The notes below the pieces were generated by a model. That model worked only from the letters and a program-made list of their open reading frames with translations, searched no databases and had not been told where the DNA came from. A stretch of DNA of 34,496 nucleotides from contig JAJYVI010000001.1 in NCBI GenBank assembly GCA_021792115.1, forward strand, positions 1 to 34,496, in the 5' to 3' direction. Source of the DNA: Candidatus Micrarchaeota archaeon (GTDB taxonomy: Archaea; Micrarchaeota; Micrarchaeia; Micrarchaeales; Micrarchaeaceae). Position numbers and translations under genes: made by a program. Shown here one piece after another: positions 17,255 to 25,240 of the stretch; the first letter of the stretch is position 1; every line of letters starts with the position of its first letter.

Positions 17255-19054
17255 TTATTCAAAGTCTTCCTGCTTTATGTTGTAATCATTGAGTAGCCTT
17301 TTTTTGCTGATTTTTGTAGGAGCAGAATCCAAAAGTGATTCTTGCTTGTGATTCTTTGGAAAGAGAATAAAATCCCGTATATTCTCGCTATTGAGCAGAG
17401 TTGATATAAATCTGTCAAGACCTAGAGCTATGCCCCCGTGTATTGGTGCACCATAAGATAATGCATCTATAAGAAACCCGAATGTGTTGGTTATTGCATT
17501 CTGATCCATTCCTATAACAGATAGAGATTTTTTTTGAAGCTCGGAATCATGTATCCTGATGCTGCCGCCGCCTATTTCTTCACCGTTGAGTACAATGTCG
17601 TACTGTCTTGCAATTACTTTTTCAGGCTCTGACTCAAGATATTTTTCAGTATCTTTTGTTGGAGCTGTAAATGGATTGTGAGCCGGCTTTAATTTGCCTG
17701 TAACTTCATCTTTGTCAAAAAGAGGGAAATCTGTAATCCATGCAAATGCGTATTCTTTATCGTATTTTTGCAATTTATCTCCAATAAGCTTTCTTAATTT
17801 TCCAAGCGCTTCGAGAAGCAAATTCTCTGATAGGTCAGATCCTATTATTATTATATCTCCGTCATGTAAATTCATTCTCTGCATTAAGATATCGCAAACG
17901 CTGCTTCCTATTGACTCTGAAATAGACATTGGATCTGATTCAATTTTATCATGCGCAACATAAAGCCATGTAAGACCTTTAAGCCCTAGCCCTTTTGCTA
18001 CCTCTATCAATTTCAGCATGTATTGCTTATTAAGCCTGCTGCTCCCTGAATTATCACTGAAATCAGCAGAAAATGCAACAGCTTTTACAAATCCATTGCT
18101 CTCTATAATTCTCTTTAGCACATTATAATTAGATGATTTCATCTCCTCTGTTATGTCAAATATTTGACTGTTGAATCTAAGATCTGGTTTATCAGACCCA
18201 TATTTTTCCATTGCTGTTTTGTATTGCAGCTCTGGGAAATCAATATTTGTATTGTTATTGAGCACCTGCTTAAATACCACTCTTATCAGCTCTTCTATAA
18301 GGCCTTTTATATATTTTTCATCCTTGAAACTCACTTCAATATCAACTTGCGTGAACTCAGGCTGCCTATCTATTCTCTGATCCTCATCCCTATAGCACCG
18401 TGCTATCTGAAAATATTTATCAATTCCTCCTACCATACAGAGCTGCTTATACAGCTGAGGCGATTGCGCAAGAGAGTAATATGTATTCTTAATTAACCTT
18501 GAGGGAACAAGAAAGGTCCTTGACCCTGTTTCATATGTGTCTTTAACAAGAGTAGGTGTTTCAAGTTCCATGAACCCATTATCCCAAAAATATTTACGTA
18601 TCTGCTTTGTAATTCTGTCGCGGAATTCAATGTTCTTTATCATTTGCCGCCTCCTTAAGTCTAAATACCTAAACTTCATACGCAAGTCCTCATTCGCAAG
18701 GCTTCTGCTTTTCTCATCAATAAGCTCGAATGGGGGCATCAATGATTTGTTTATTACCTCAAATTTTTCTACGAATATTTCAACATTGCCTGTAGTAATT
18801 GAGTTATCTACAGTATCCTCGTCTCTTTTCTTGACATTTCCGAAGACTTGTATTACATATTCCTTGCCTAATGTATCTGCAAGTTTCTTTACCTGCGACT
18901 CAAAAACTAGCTGGGTTTCACCGAACCTGTCGCTCAAATCTATAAACAGCTTTCCGCCATGATCTCTGATTCGCCTACACCAACCATAGGCTCTAACGTA
19001 TTTTCCTATAAAGGTTTCGTCCAGCTGCCCACAGTTTATTAATTCATAATTCAA
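17255..19054 (-). CDS. aspS: Aspartate--tRNA ligase, bacterial type (GAD insertion), probably non-discriminating
   Basis: About 600 aa. RIRDHGG, YLDLRR, LAQSPQLYKQL, YFQIARCYRDED, RQPEFTQVDIE, YGSDKPDLR, GAD-domain insert, EIGGGSIRIH, PIHGGIALGLDR. Likely TTG start at 19054 after GGTG (ORF track extends to 19096). Confidence 0.95.
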   Translation of the reverse strand: MNYELINCGQLDETFIGKYVRAYGWCRRIRDHGGKLFIDLSDRFGETQLVFESQVKKLADTLGKEYVIQVFGNVKKRDEDTVDNSITTGNVEIFVEKFEVINKSLMPPFELIDEKSRSLANEDLRMKFRYLDLRRRQMIKNIEFRDRITKQIRKYFWDNGFMELETPTLVKDTYETGSRTFLVPSRLIKNTYYSLAQSPQLYKQLCMVGGIDKYFQIARCYRDEDQRIDRQPEFTQVDIEVSFKDEKYIKGLIEELIRVVFKQVLNNNTNIDFPELQYKTAMEKYGSDKPDLRFNSQIFDITEEMKSSNYNVLKRIIESNGFVKAVAFSADFSDNSGSSRLNKQYMLKLIEVAKGLGLKGLTWLYVAHDKIESDPMSISESIGSSVCDILMQRMNLHDGDIIIIGSDLSENLLLEALGKLRKLIGDKLQKYDKEYAFAWITDFPLFDKDEVTGKLKPAHNPFTAPTKDTEKYLESEPEKVIARQYDIVLNGEEIGGGSIRIHDSELQKKSLSVIGMDQNAITNTFGFLIDALSYGAPIHGGIALGLDRFISTLLNSENIRDFILFPKNHKQESLLDSAPTKISKKRLLNDYNIKQEDFE

Positions 19055-19079
19055 AAAAAACACCGGTACACAATCAGTC

Positions 19080-20390
19080 TTATTTGCCTGCAACAAATTT
19101 AGGCAATAAAATATTTAGCCTTGTTGAAATATACTTTGGGCTTGCATTATACTTTTTTGCGATTTGGCCTATTATAAAATTAAAAACTTTTGGATTATTT
19201 ACATAATCTTTTAACAGTTGCTTATTTTCTAATAGCATTGAATTTATTGCAGAGTCTATTAAACTTTCATCTATTTCAGAACTTGTTTCAATTGTTTTTC
19301 CTTGCTCTATGTCATTAATAGTTTCGCTGTTTATAAGCACATTCTTTGAAATTGCAATAAGCAAAGCCTCAAATTTTTCATCATCAAGAGTTTTATTATA
19401 CCTTTTAAGCACCTCAATGGCACTTATTACAATATTAATCTTGTACGTTCCTGCAAACTTATTTATAAGCTGGAGGGCATTCTTGTCAAACATTATTTGC
19501 TCAATAATGAGCTTCTCGCTTGCAGAGTACTTTTCTGCAAGCTCCTTTGCTATCTTATTCGTATAAGTCGGTTCAATAATCGGAAGATTCTTTATACTGT
19601 ATTCCCCTAGATCAGGTTCATAAATTATACCATATTCCTCGTCACTTTCTTTTTCCCTCATAGAAACTGTGATCATATTTGCTCCATCATACGACCTTGT
19701 CTCTTTATTTATTATTGCTCCGCTAGCCCTTGCTGCCTCTTGCCTTTTTATCTCAAACAGCGCTGCATTAATCATATCTTTCAGGCCTGTGATGTTTTTT
19801 ACTTCTACTCTTTCACCCTGGTTAGATACATTTACATCAGCTTTAAGCTCTGTGTTGATATCTATGCCAAGGTAATACAATATGCTTTTCAATTCGTTCA
19901 TGAATTCTTTCAGTTCATCAATATTAAAAATATCAGGCTCTGTCACTATTTCAAGTAGAGGCCTTCCTGATCTATTGAAGTCTATTAATGAATAATCTTC
20001 TTCATGCAGTATCTTTGCAGGATCTTCTTCTATCTGTATCCTGCGTATCCTTATCTTCTTTGAGCTCTGAAGCTCTATAAATCCGCCTTGAGAAATAGGG
20101 TTTGAAAGCTGTGTTATCTGGAATGATTTAGGTAAATCAGGGTAAAAATATACCTTGCGCTCGAAAGAGATTGTTTTTGCTATATCTGAATGAAGTGCAT
20201 TCGCCACTGACTTTGCAATCTCAAGAGCTTTTGCATTGAGCATTGGCTTTGATCCTGGAAACCCCATGCAGATAGGGCAGACAGACATGTTAGGCTCCTG
20301 TTCATTATATGCATTGCAAGAGCAGAAAAGTTTTGTCTTAGTTGGAATTGCGACATGAATCTCCAGTCCAATTTTTATTGCCTCCATCAT
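19080..20390 (-). CDS. gatB: Asp-tRNA(Asn)/Glu-tRNA(Gln) amidotransferase subunit B
   Basis: IGLEIHV, TKLFC, CPICMGFPGSKP, YFYPDLPK, IEEDPAK, DFNRSGRPLLEIVTEPD. Confidence 0.96.
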   Translation of the reverse strand: MMEAIKIGLEIHVAIPTKTKLFCSCNAYNEQEPNMSVCPICMGFPGSKPMLNAKALEIAKSVANALHSDIAKTISFERKVYFYPDLPKSFQITQLSNPISQGGFIELQSSKKIRIRRIQIEEDPAKILHEEDYSLIDFNRSGRPLLEIVTEPDIFNIDELKEFMNELKSILYYLGIDINTELKADVNVSNQGERVEVKNITGLKDMINAALFEIKRQEAARASGAIINKETRSYDGANMITVSMREKESDEEYGIIYEPDLGEYSIKNLPIIEPTYTNKIAKELAEKYSASEKLIIEQIMFDKNALQLINKFAGTYKINIVISAIEVLKRYNKTLDDEKFEALLIAISKNVLINSETINDIEQGKTIETSSEIDESLIDSAINSMLLENKQLLKDYVNNPKVFNFIIGQIAKKYNASPKYISTRLNILLPKFVAGK

Positions 20391-21754
20391 ATAGATCCTA
20401 GATTATATTTGAATTGGTATTTAAATGAATTTTCCCAATTTTCCACGAAATCAAGCAATGAATAGTCCTCAAAATGGTCTGATATAAGCTGCGCGCCCAT
20501 TGGAAGGCCTTTATCATAATCATATGGAAATGACACGTGAGGAAAACCTGAAAGATTAGGCGGTATTGTTAGAATATCTAGCCCATAATTCTGCACAGGA
20601 GTTAAGCTATTGGCATCATCTATTTTAGGAGTCATAATTGGCATTGTAGGACTCAATATAAATCCTTGCCTAAGGATTTCTTTCATTTTTGCTATAAGAA
20701 GCCCACGCACTTTTAAAGCCTTGCTATAATATTTACTTTTAACGCTTGCTCCTCTTACAAACGTACCTAATATTATTCTCCTCTTTGCCTCTGTTCCAAA
20801 GTTAGACCTTGATTCTGTAAAGAAAGAGTTATAGTCTTTGGAGAATTCATTATTCTTCAATCCGTATTTAAATCCTGTGTAGCGCGCCAGGTTTGTAGAA
20901 GCTTCTGCCATCGAGATTATATAATAAGTCGGGATTGCTTTATCTAGCAGGTTGAAATCTATTGTTTTTATAGCAAAGCCCATGTTCTCCAGCTTTGACA
21001 CGAGGCCAGAAAAATGAGATTTTACGCTTTCATCAAGTAAATCATTTATTTGATTGATAATAAAAATTGTATTTTTGGCGCCTTTGCCTTCATCGCTCTG
21101 CATTTTTCTTTTCTCTATGTCAATGCAAGTAGAATCATAATTGTCAGGCCCTTTTATTATGTCAAAAACATATCTTATGTCCTTTGCTGACCTTGACATC
21201 AGCCCGATCTTGTCAAGCGAATTTGCATAGTCTATCAGACCATGCCTTGATACTGCGCCATAGGTAGGAGTGAAACCAACGACTCCGCAGAATGCCGAAG
21301 GTGCGGATATTGATCCTCCTGTTGATTCTGCTATTGCAATATGGTATTTCAAGACAGCAGTCGCAATTGCTGCTCCGCTGCTTGAGCCTCCTGCAACATA
21401 ATCCTCGTTAAAAGGGTTCCGTGGAGTCCTTTCTGAATTAAGCCCAAATGTACCAAACCCAAATTCATCCATGTTTGTTTTTCCAATAAAATCAAAATTT
21501 TTTGAAAGCATTCTTTCAACAACAGTTGCATTGAATGGCGGCAGATAAGACTTTAGAATTTTTGAATTTGCTGTTGTCTCAACATTTTTCACGCAGATAT
21601 TGTCCTTTACGCTAAATGGGTAATTTTGGCCTGATATCCTTGTTATGTTGAGAAATGCATTGAGCCTGCTGTTAATGTCAGATAGGTCATTAAAAAGTGA
21701 TTCTGCATAACCTGATTTTTTTTCCAATGAATAAAATTCCTCAATGCTATTCAT
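20387..21754 (-). CDS. gatA: Amidotransferase subunit A (amidase signature)
   Basis: VKDNI, GKTNMDEFG, GGSSSGAA, ESTGGSI, EASTNLARY, EAKRRIILGT. Its stop overlaps the gatB start (ATGA). Confidence 0.96.
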   Translation of the reverse strand: MNSIEEFYSLEKKSGYAESLFNDLSDINSRLNAFLNITRISGQNYPFSVKDNICVKNVETTANSKILKSYLPPFNATVVERMLSKNFDFIGKTNMDEFGFGTFGLNSERTPRNPFNEDYVAGGSSSGAAIATAVLKYHIAIAESTGGSISAPSAFCGVVGFTPTYGAVSRHGLIDYANSLDKIGLMSRSAKDIRYVFDIIKGPDNYDSTCIDIEKRKMQSDEGKGAKNTIFIINQINDLLDESVKSHFSGLVSKLENMGFAIKTIDFNLLDKAIPTYYIISMAEASTNLARYTGFKYGLKNNEFSKDYNSFFTESRSNFGTEAKRRIILGTFVRGASVKSKYYSKALKVRGLLIAKMKEILRQGFILSPTMPIMTPKIDDANSLTPVQNYGLDILTIPPNLSGFPHVSFPYDYDKGLPMGAQLISDHFEDYSLLDFVENWENSFKYQFKYNLGSI

Positions 21755-22023
21755 ATTTTCGGACCCACTATATAAAATCTGTGCGTTTTTGAATTCGCAA
21801 GTAGAAGATTAATATCATTGAATTGGGATTCAGAATCTTGTCTAAGTCTCTCATCAATATCTATAGGATGATAATACTCAACTATATTTCCTGTATCAAT
21901 TTGCTGTATTGTATCAAAATATTCTAGTACACTTTCTATGTCTTTCTTTATTCTTTCCTTTTCAGCATCTTGAAGCTTTATTCTGCAAATATGCAGAAGC
22001 CGTTCAAATTCCTGTTCGTCCAT
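21751..22023 (-). CDS. gatC: Amidotransferase subunit C
   Basis: MDEQEFERLLHICRIKL...ILEYFD-like helix (VLEYFDTIQQIDT), LRQD, C-terminal YIVGPKI. Lies upstream of gatA with an ATGA overlap. Confidence 0.88.
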   Translation of the reverse strand: MDEQEFERLLHICRIKLQDAEKERIKKDIESVLEYFDTIQQIDTGNIVEYYHPIDIDERLRQDSESQFNDINLLLANSKTHRFYIVGPKI

Positions 22024-22178
22024 TAATACCATTCCCCAAAATAAAAATATAAAAATAATAAAGATAACAGATAGGATAAACAATAAAATAGAATTTCCAA
22101 GCGCTGTGACTTGTTTATATGTCACGTAGACAATGTACACTGCATGCAGCAATTTGTAGTTATAATATAAGTATAATA

Positions 22179-22655
22179 TTATGATTTAGATTTTTTAATA
22201 TTATGTTTTAATTTAAAAAAATAGAGAACTGCACTTGCTAGGCTTATAAGCCCTATGAATATTAGAAACAAGCCTAGGATGAATTTTATAAGATCAAGGA
22301 ATATTAGAAATCCGAAAGAGACTTGATGAGAGTAAAGTCTAAAATGTATCAGCAAAAGGCCGAAGAATATGAAGAGGACGCTGAAAAATGCACTTATTGA
22401 GAAATCTTCATAGTCAGAGACTACAAAGTATTTTGCTGTTCTTGCGTTTATATTGAATTTTGATTTGTCTTTTATCTTAAGAACAGCGACTGCAAAAAAT
22501 CCTGCGCCTAAACCTAAGAATAAGCCAACAACATCAAACCTGAACAAAATTCCAAATGCAAAACCTATAAAGAGCAATGATAAAAAAATTAGAATTGAAA
22601 TTTTGTTGCTTTCAGATCTCCTATAGCGTTCTGCATATATGCTCTTGTCTTTCAT
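22179..22655 (-). CDS. Hypothetical membrane protein (about 4 TM)
   Basis: 158-aa ORF with strongly hydrophobic segments, 6 bp downstream of rpl24e. Confidence 0.7.
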   Translation of the reverse strand: MKDKSIYAERYRRSESNKISILIFLSLLFIGFAFGILFRFDVVGLFLGLGAGFFAVAVLKIKDKSKFNINARTAKYFVVSDYEDFSISAFFSVLFIFFGLLLIHFRLYSHQVSFGFLIFLDLIKFILGLFLIFIGLISLASAVLYFFKLKHNIKKSKS

Positions 22656-22661
22656 CTTTTA

Positions 22662-22871
22662 TCATTGTGACTTTTTAACATTACTTTTAACTGCATTTAG
22701 TGTTGCTTCAGCTGGCTTTGATTTATTGTTTGAGTTTTTTGATAGTTTTCTGTTACTTTTGCTATTTTTAAAGCATGTGCCTGAACAAAAATAACTTATT
22801 GTCCCTATCTTATTTACAAACATTAATCCCTTTCCTTCGCTAATTTCTTTTGAGCAATAAGAGCATTTCAT
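22662..22871 (-). CDS. rpl24e: 50S ribosomal protein L24e
   Basis: CSYCSKEISEGKGLMFV...YFCSGTC TRASH zinc motif, in the L7Ae-S28e-L24e order. Confidence 0.93.
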   Translation of the reverse strand: MKCSYCSKEISEGKGLMFVNKIGTISYFCSGTCFKNSKSNRKLSKNSNNKSKPAEATLNAVKSNVKKSQ

Positions 22872-22903
22872 AAAATCATTATGTTATGAGATTTAAGAAT
22901 TTA

Positions 22904-23143
22904 TTATTTGACCTTTATTTCCCTTGCTTCTCTGTTTGTATCAGGAAGCCTTATAATGTCCCCTGACTTGATTGGACCTACGACATTTCTCTTTATTATT
23001 CTATTTTTATCCTTGCCCTCAAGTATCTTGCATACTATAAAGTAGATTTCTCCATAAATGCCTGTCTTGGCGCGTTTTTCAACTTCAATTACTTCTGCAA
23101 GAAAGCCCTGAAAACGGTTTTCTGCTTCATTTTGTTCTGCCAT
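22904..23143 (-). CDS. rps28e: 30S ribosomal protein S28e
   Basis: AEVIEV, TGIYGE, ILEGKDKNRIIKRNVVGPI, REAREI. Confidence 0.93.
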   Translation of the reverse strand: MAEQNEAENRFQGFLAEVIEVEKRAKTGIYGEIYFIVCKILEGKDKNRIIKRNVVGPIKSGDIIRLPDTNREAREIKVK

Positions 23144-23237
23144 CGTAATCAATCCACTTAATATTTATTTATTTGATAACTTATTTAATTTTACGAATTT
23201 AATTCTACGAATTTAACACGCAGTGGTCTGATAAAGA

Positions 23238-23606
23238 TTACTGCTTGCTTTTTCCTGTTATGAGAGAAATTATCTCTTTTATCTTGTCTGCTGCCTCTCC
23301 TTCTTTTTCGACTGAAACTGCAGTACAAGGCACATTTAAGCCTATTGATTTGCCAAGATCCTCTTTTGTTGCAATGTATGAATATGAAATCTTCTTTTCA
23401 TCACATAGCTTTGGCAGATGCATCACTACTTCTTCAGGCTGCACATCTTTTGCAATTACGACAAACTTAGCAAGGTTTCGTTCAATGCTTTTTGTCACTT
23501 CGTTAGCACCTTTCTTTACTGTTCCAGATGTGCTTGCAATCTTTAGTGCCTCTTGGGTCTTAGCCATTATTTCGTCGGATACTTCAAATTTTATATAAGA
23601 TACCAT
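23238..23606 (-). CDS. rpl7ae: 50S ribosomal protein L7Ae
   Basis: YIKFEV, KKGANEVTKSIER, IAKDVQPEEVVMHLP, KEDLG. ATG 23606 has SD AGGTG. Confidence 0.97.
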   Translation of the reverse strand: MVSYIKFEVSDEIMAKTQEALKIASTSGTVKKGANEVTKSIERNLAKFVVIAKDVQPEEVVMHLPKLCDEKKISYSYIATKEDLGKSIGLNVPCTAVSVEKEGEAADKIKEIISLITGKSKQ

Positions 23607-23609
23607 ATT

Positions 23610-23640
23610 AACACCTATCACTTTTGGTCATTTAGATATT
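23610..23640 (-). promoter_or_regulatory. K-turn/K-loop in the l7ae 5' UTR (autoregulatory L7Ae site)
   Basis: Minus strand AAUAUCUA-AAU-GA-CCAAAAGU-GA-UAGGUGUU: 8-bp C-stem, 3-nt bulge and tandem G.A pairs. The stem includes the SD. TATA-like TTATTTAAAG at 23660-23669. Confidence 0.8.
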
Positions 23641-23931
23641 TTAGCATTATGTAGAATAACTTTAAATAACTTTAAAAGCTAAATTCAAAATTTAAAAACA
23701 AAGATTATCTATATTAAATCTGATTTCTGTCTTAGCGATTAGGTTTAATATTGCCTTTTATGCCTTGCGCTTGAGCGCTTAAATAGCATAGATATTGCCT
23801 TAAACATGTGCTAAAGCAATTTTTAGATTAATAAGATAAACAAGATAATATAAAACAAAAAAGTATATAAATCTATGTGATAAAGCAACAATTGCCGTCA
23901 TAGATCTGCATTTGCCATGCGGCGCTGCAAT

Positions 23932-25017
23932 TCACCTCTTCATATTGCGTATTGCATTTGCAGATATTGTTTTATTTATTCTTCGGACATCAAAGCCCAG
24001 GCCATTGTATGAAATCTTTGACGGAACTGCTTTGAGTTGCAACACATTTGGTTTGCCGTTTTTCCAATGCCAGCTCGCCATGAGGTCCAGCTTGCTCTTC
24101 AAGTCACCAAGAGGCAGTGTGTTTGAATTCACAGTTGCAATTGTAGATGAAAATTTTATTGTTTTAAAATAAGACAAACTACATAAAATTGGTATATAAA
24201 ATGATGATCCATTTTCAAGTATAATTCTAGGGGCAATTGTCGAGTCCTCGACAATCCATTCGCCTGATATCATCGATGATTTGTAAGTAACTATTTTTTT
24301 GAAGCTTTGATTATTAGTCAGGTTGTCTATATTGATTTCCCACTGATTCTTGCTTTTGCTCACCAGATTTATTTCAGCGTAAATTTTATCCCCAGGCTTT
24401 ACTGTAAATTCTTTTCTCGGTATATATACTGGCTGAAAAGGCAAAAGCTCGTACCATGCCTGATTAATAAATTTCTTTTTTCTTACTGAGTAAGTTGAAT
24501 CAGTTCCTGTCTGTATCAATGTATTGTCGCTGGATTTGCTCCCCCCTATCCCGATCCACTCGCTAACATCGCTTGGGGGCCTTGTAACCAGAAAAAATGG
24601 CATGTTGTTTACATTTATTATAGTTAGCTTCTTTTTCGGCTTTACATAATTTATTTCAGGGACATTCCACTCTCCTTTAATGCTTGAAACTACTGGGAGG
24701 GGGTGCTTGAAACTTGATTCTGTAATGTACCCGCTCCAGTTTGACGAAAGTGAAACTGAAAAAGAGTTAGAACTGTTTTCAGTTTTTGCAGTAGATACAG
24801 TCTGAGAATATACATTGCTGTTTTTATTGTATCCATTAGATATGCTAGCAGGAATATTGGCAGGTGCTGCTGCAATTGCAATTGCAATAAATGAAGCTGC
24901 TGCAATATTTTTTAATTTGCTTGCAATATTATGCATGCGCCCTGCATTATCATTATTATGCCTTAAAAATTTTTGGCTGCTCTCATCAATACCTTTGCTG
25001 TTTTTAAATATCTGCAT
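23932..25017 (-). CDS. Secreted glutamic peptidase, family G1 (eqolisin / peptidase A4)
   Basis: SSNWSGY, EWIGIGG, LIQTGT (catalytic Gln), AWYELLP, GEWIVED (catalytic Glu). Ala-rich hydrophobic signal-like segment. Confidence 0.93.
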   Translation of the reverse strand: MQIFKNSKGIDESSQKFLRHNNDNAGRMHNIASKLKNIAAASFIAIAIAAAPANIPASISNGYNKNSNVYSQTVSTAKTENSSNSFSVSLSSNWSGYITESSFKHPLPVVSSIKGEWNVPEINYVKPKKKLTIINVNNMPFFLVTRPPSDVSEWIGIGGSKSSDNTLIQTGTDSTYSVRKKKFINQAWYELLPFQPVYIPRKEFTVKPGDKIYAEINLVSKSKNQWEINIDNLTNNQSFKKIVTYKSSMISGEWIVEDSTIAPRIILENGSSFYIPILCSLSYFKTIKFSSTIATVNSNTLPLGDLKSKLDLMASWHWKNGKPNVLQLKAVPSKISYNGLGFDVRRINKTISANAIRNMKR

Positions 25018-25173
25018 CTTATCATCATATGCATAAAACTGTATTGCATAAGATATAAAAGGTTTGTGTGCAGTTGGTACTTAAAAGTTAAATTAAGTTA
25101 GGATAAGTTAGCAAAAAGCTTGCACAGCTAGGCCGCATACTTTGAGGCAAAATTAAGCAAGTAAAATAAGAAA

Positions 25174-25222
25174 TACAGATGCACCAGCATCTGTAAATGA
25201 GATCTTGCCTGGATGACAGGCA
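25174..25222 (-). terminator. Two stem-loops downstream of EF-2
   Basis: TACAGATGC-ACCA-GCATCTGTA (25174-25195) and TGCCTG-GATGA-CAGGCA (25206-25222). A T-rich tract follows on the minus strand. Confidence 0.45.
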
Positions 25223-25240
25223 GACAATGGCATCCTGTGC

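Noticed and set aside
22024..22152. Hydrophobic N-terminal extension on GatC
   Set aside because: It is the translation of a T-rich intergenic tract from a TTG. GatC similarity begins at Met 22023.
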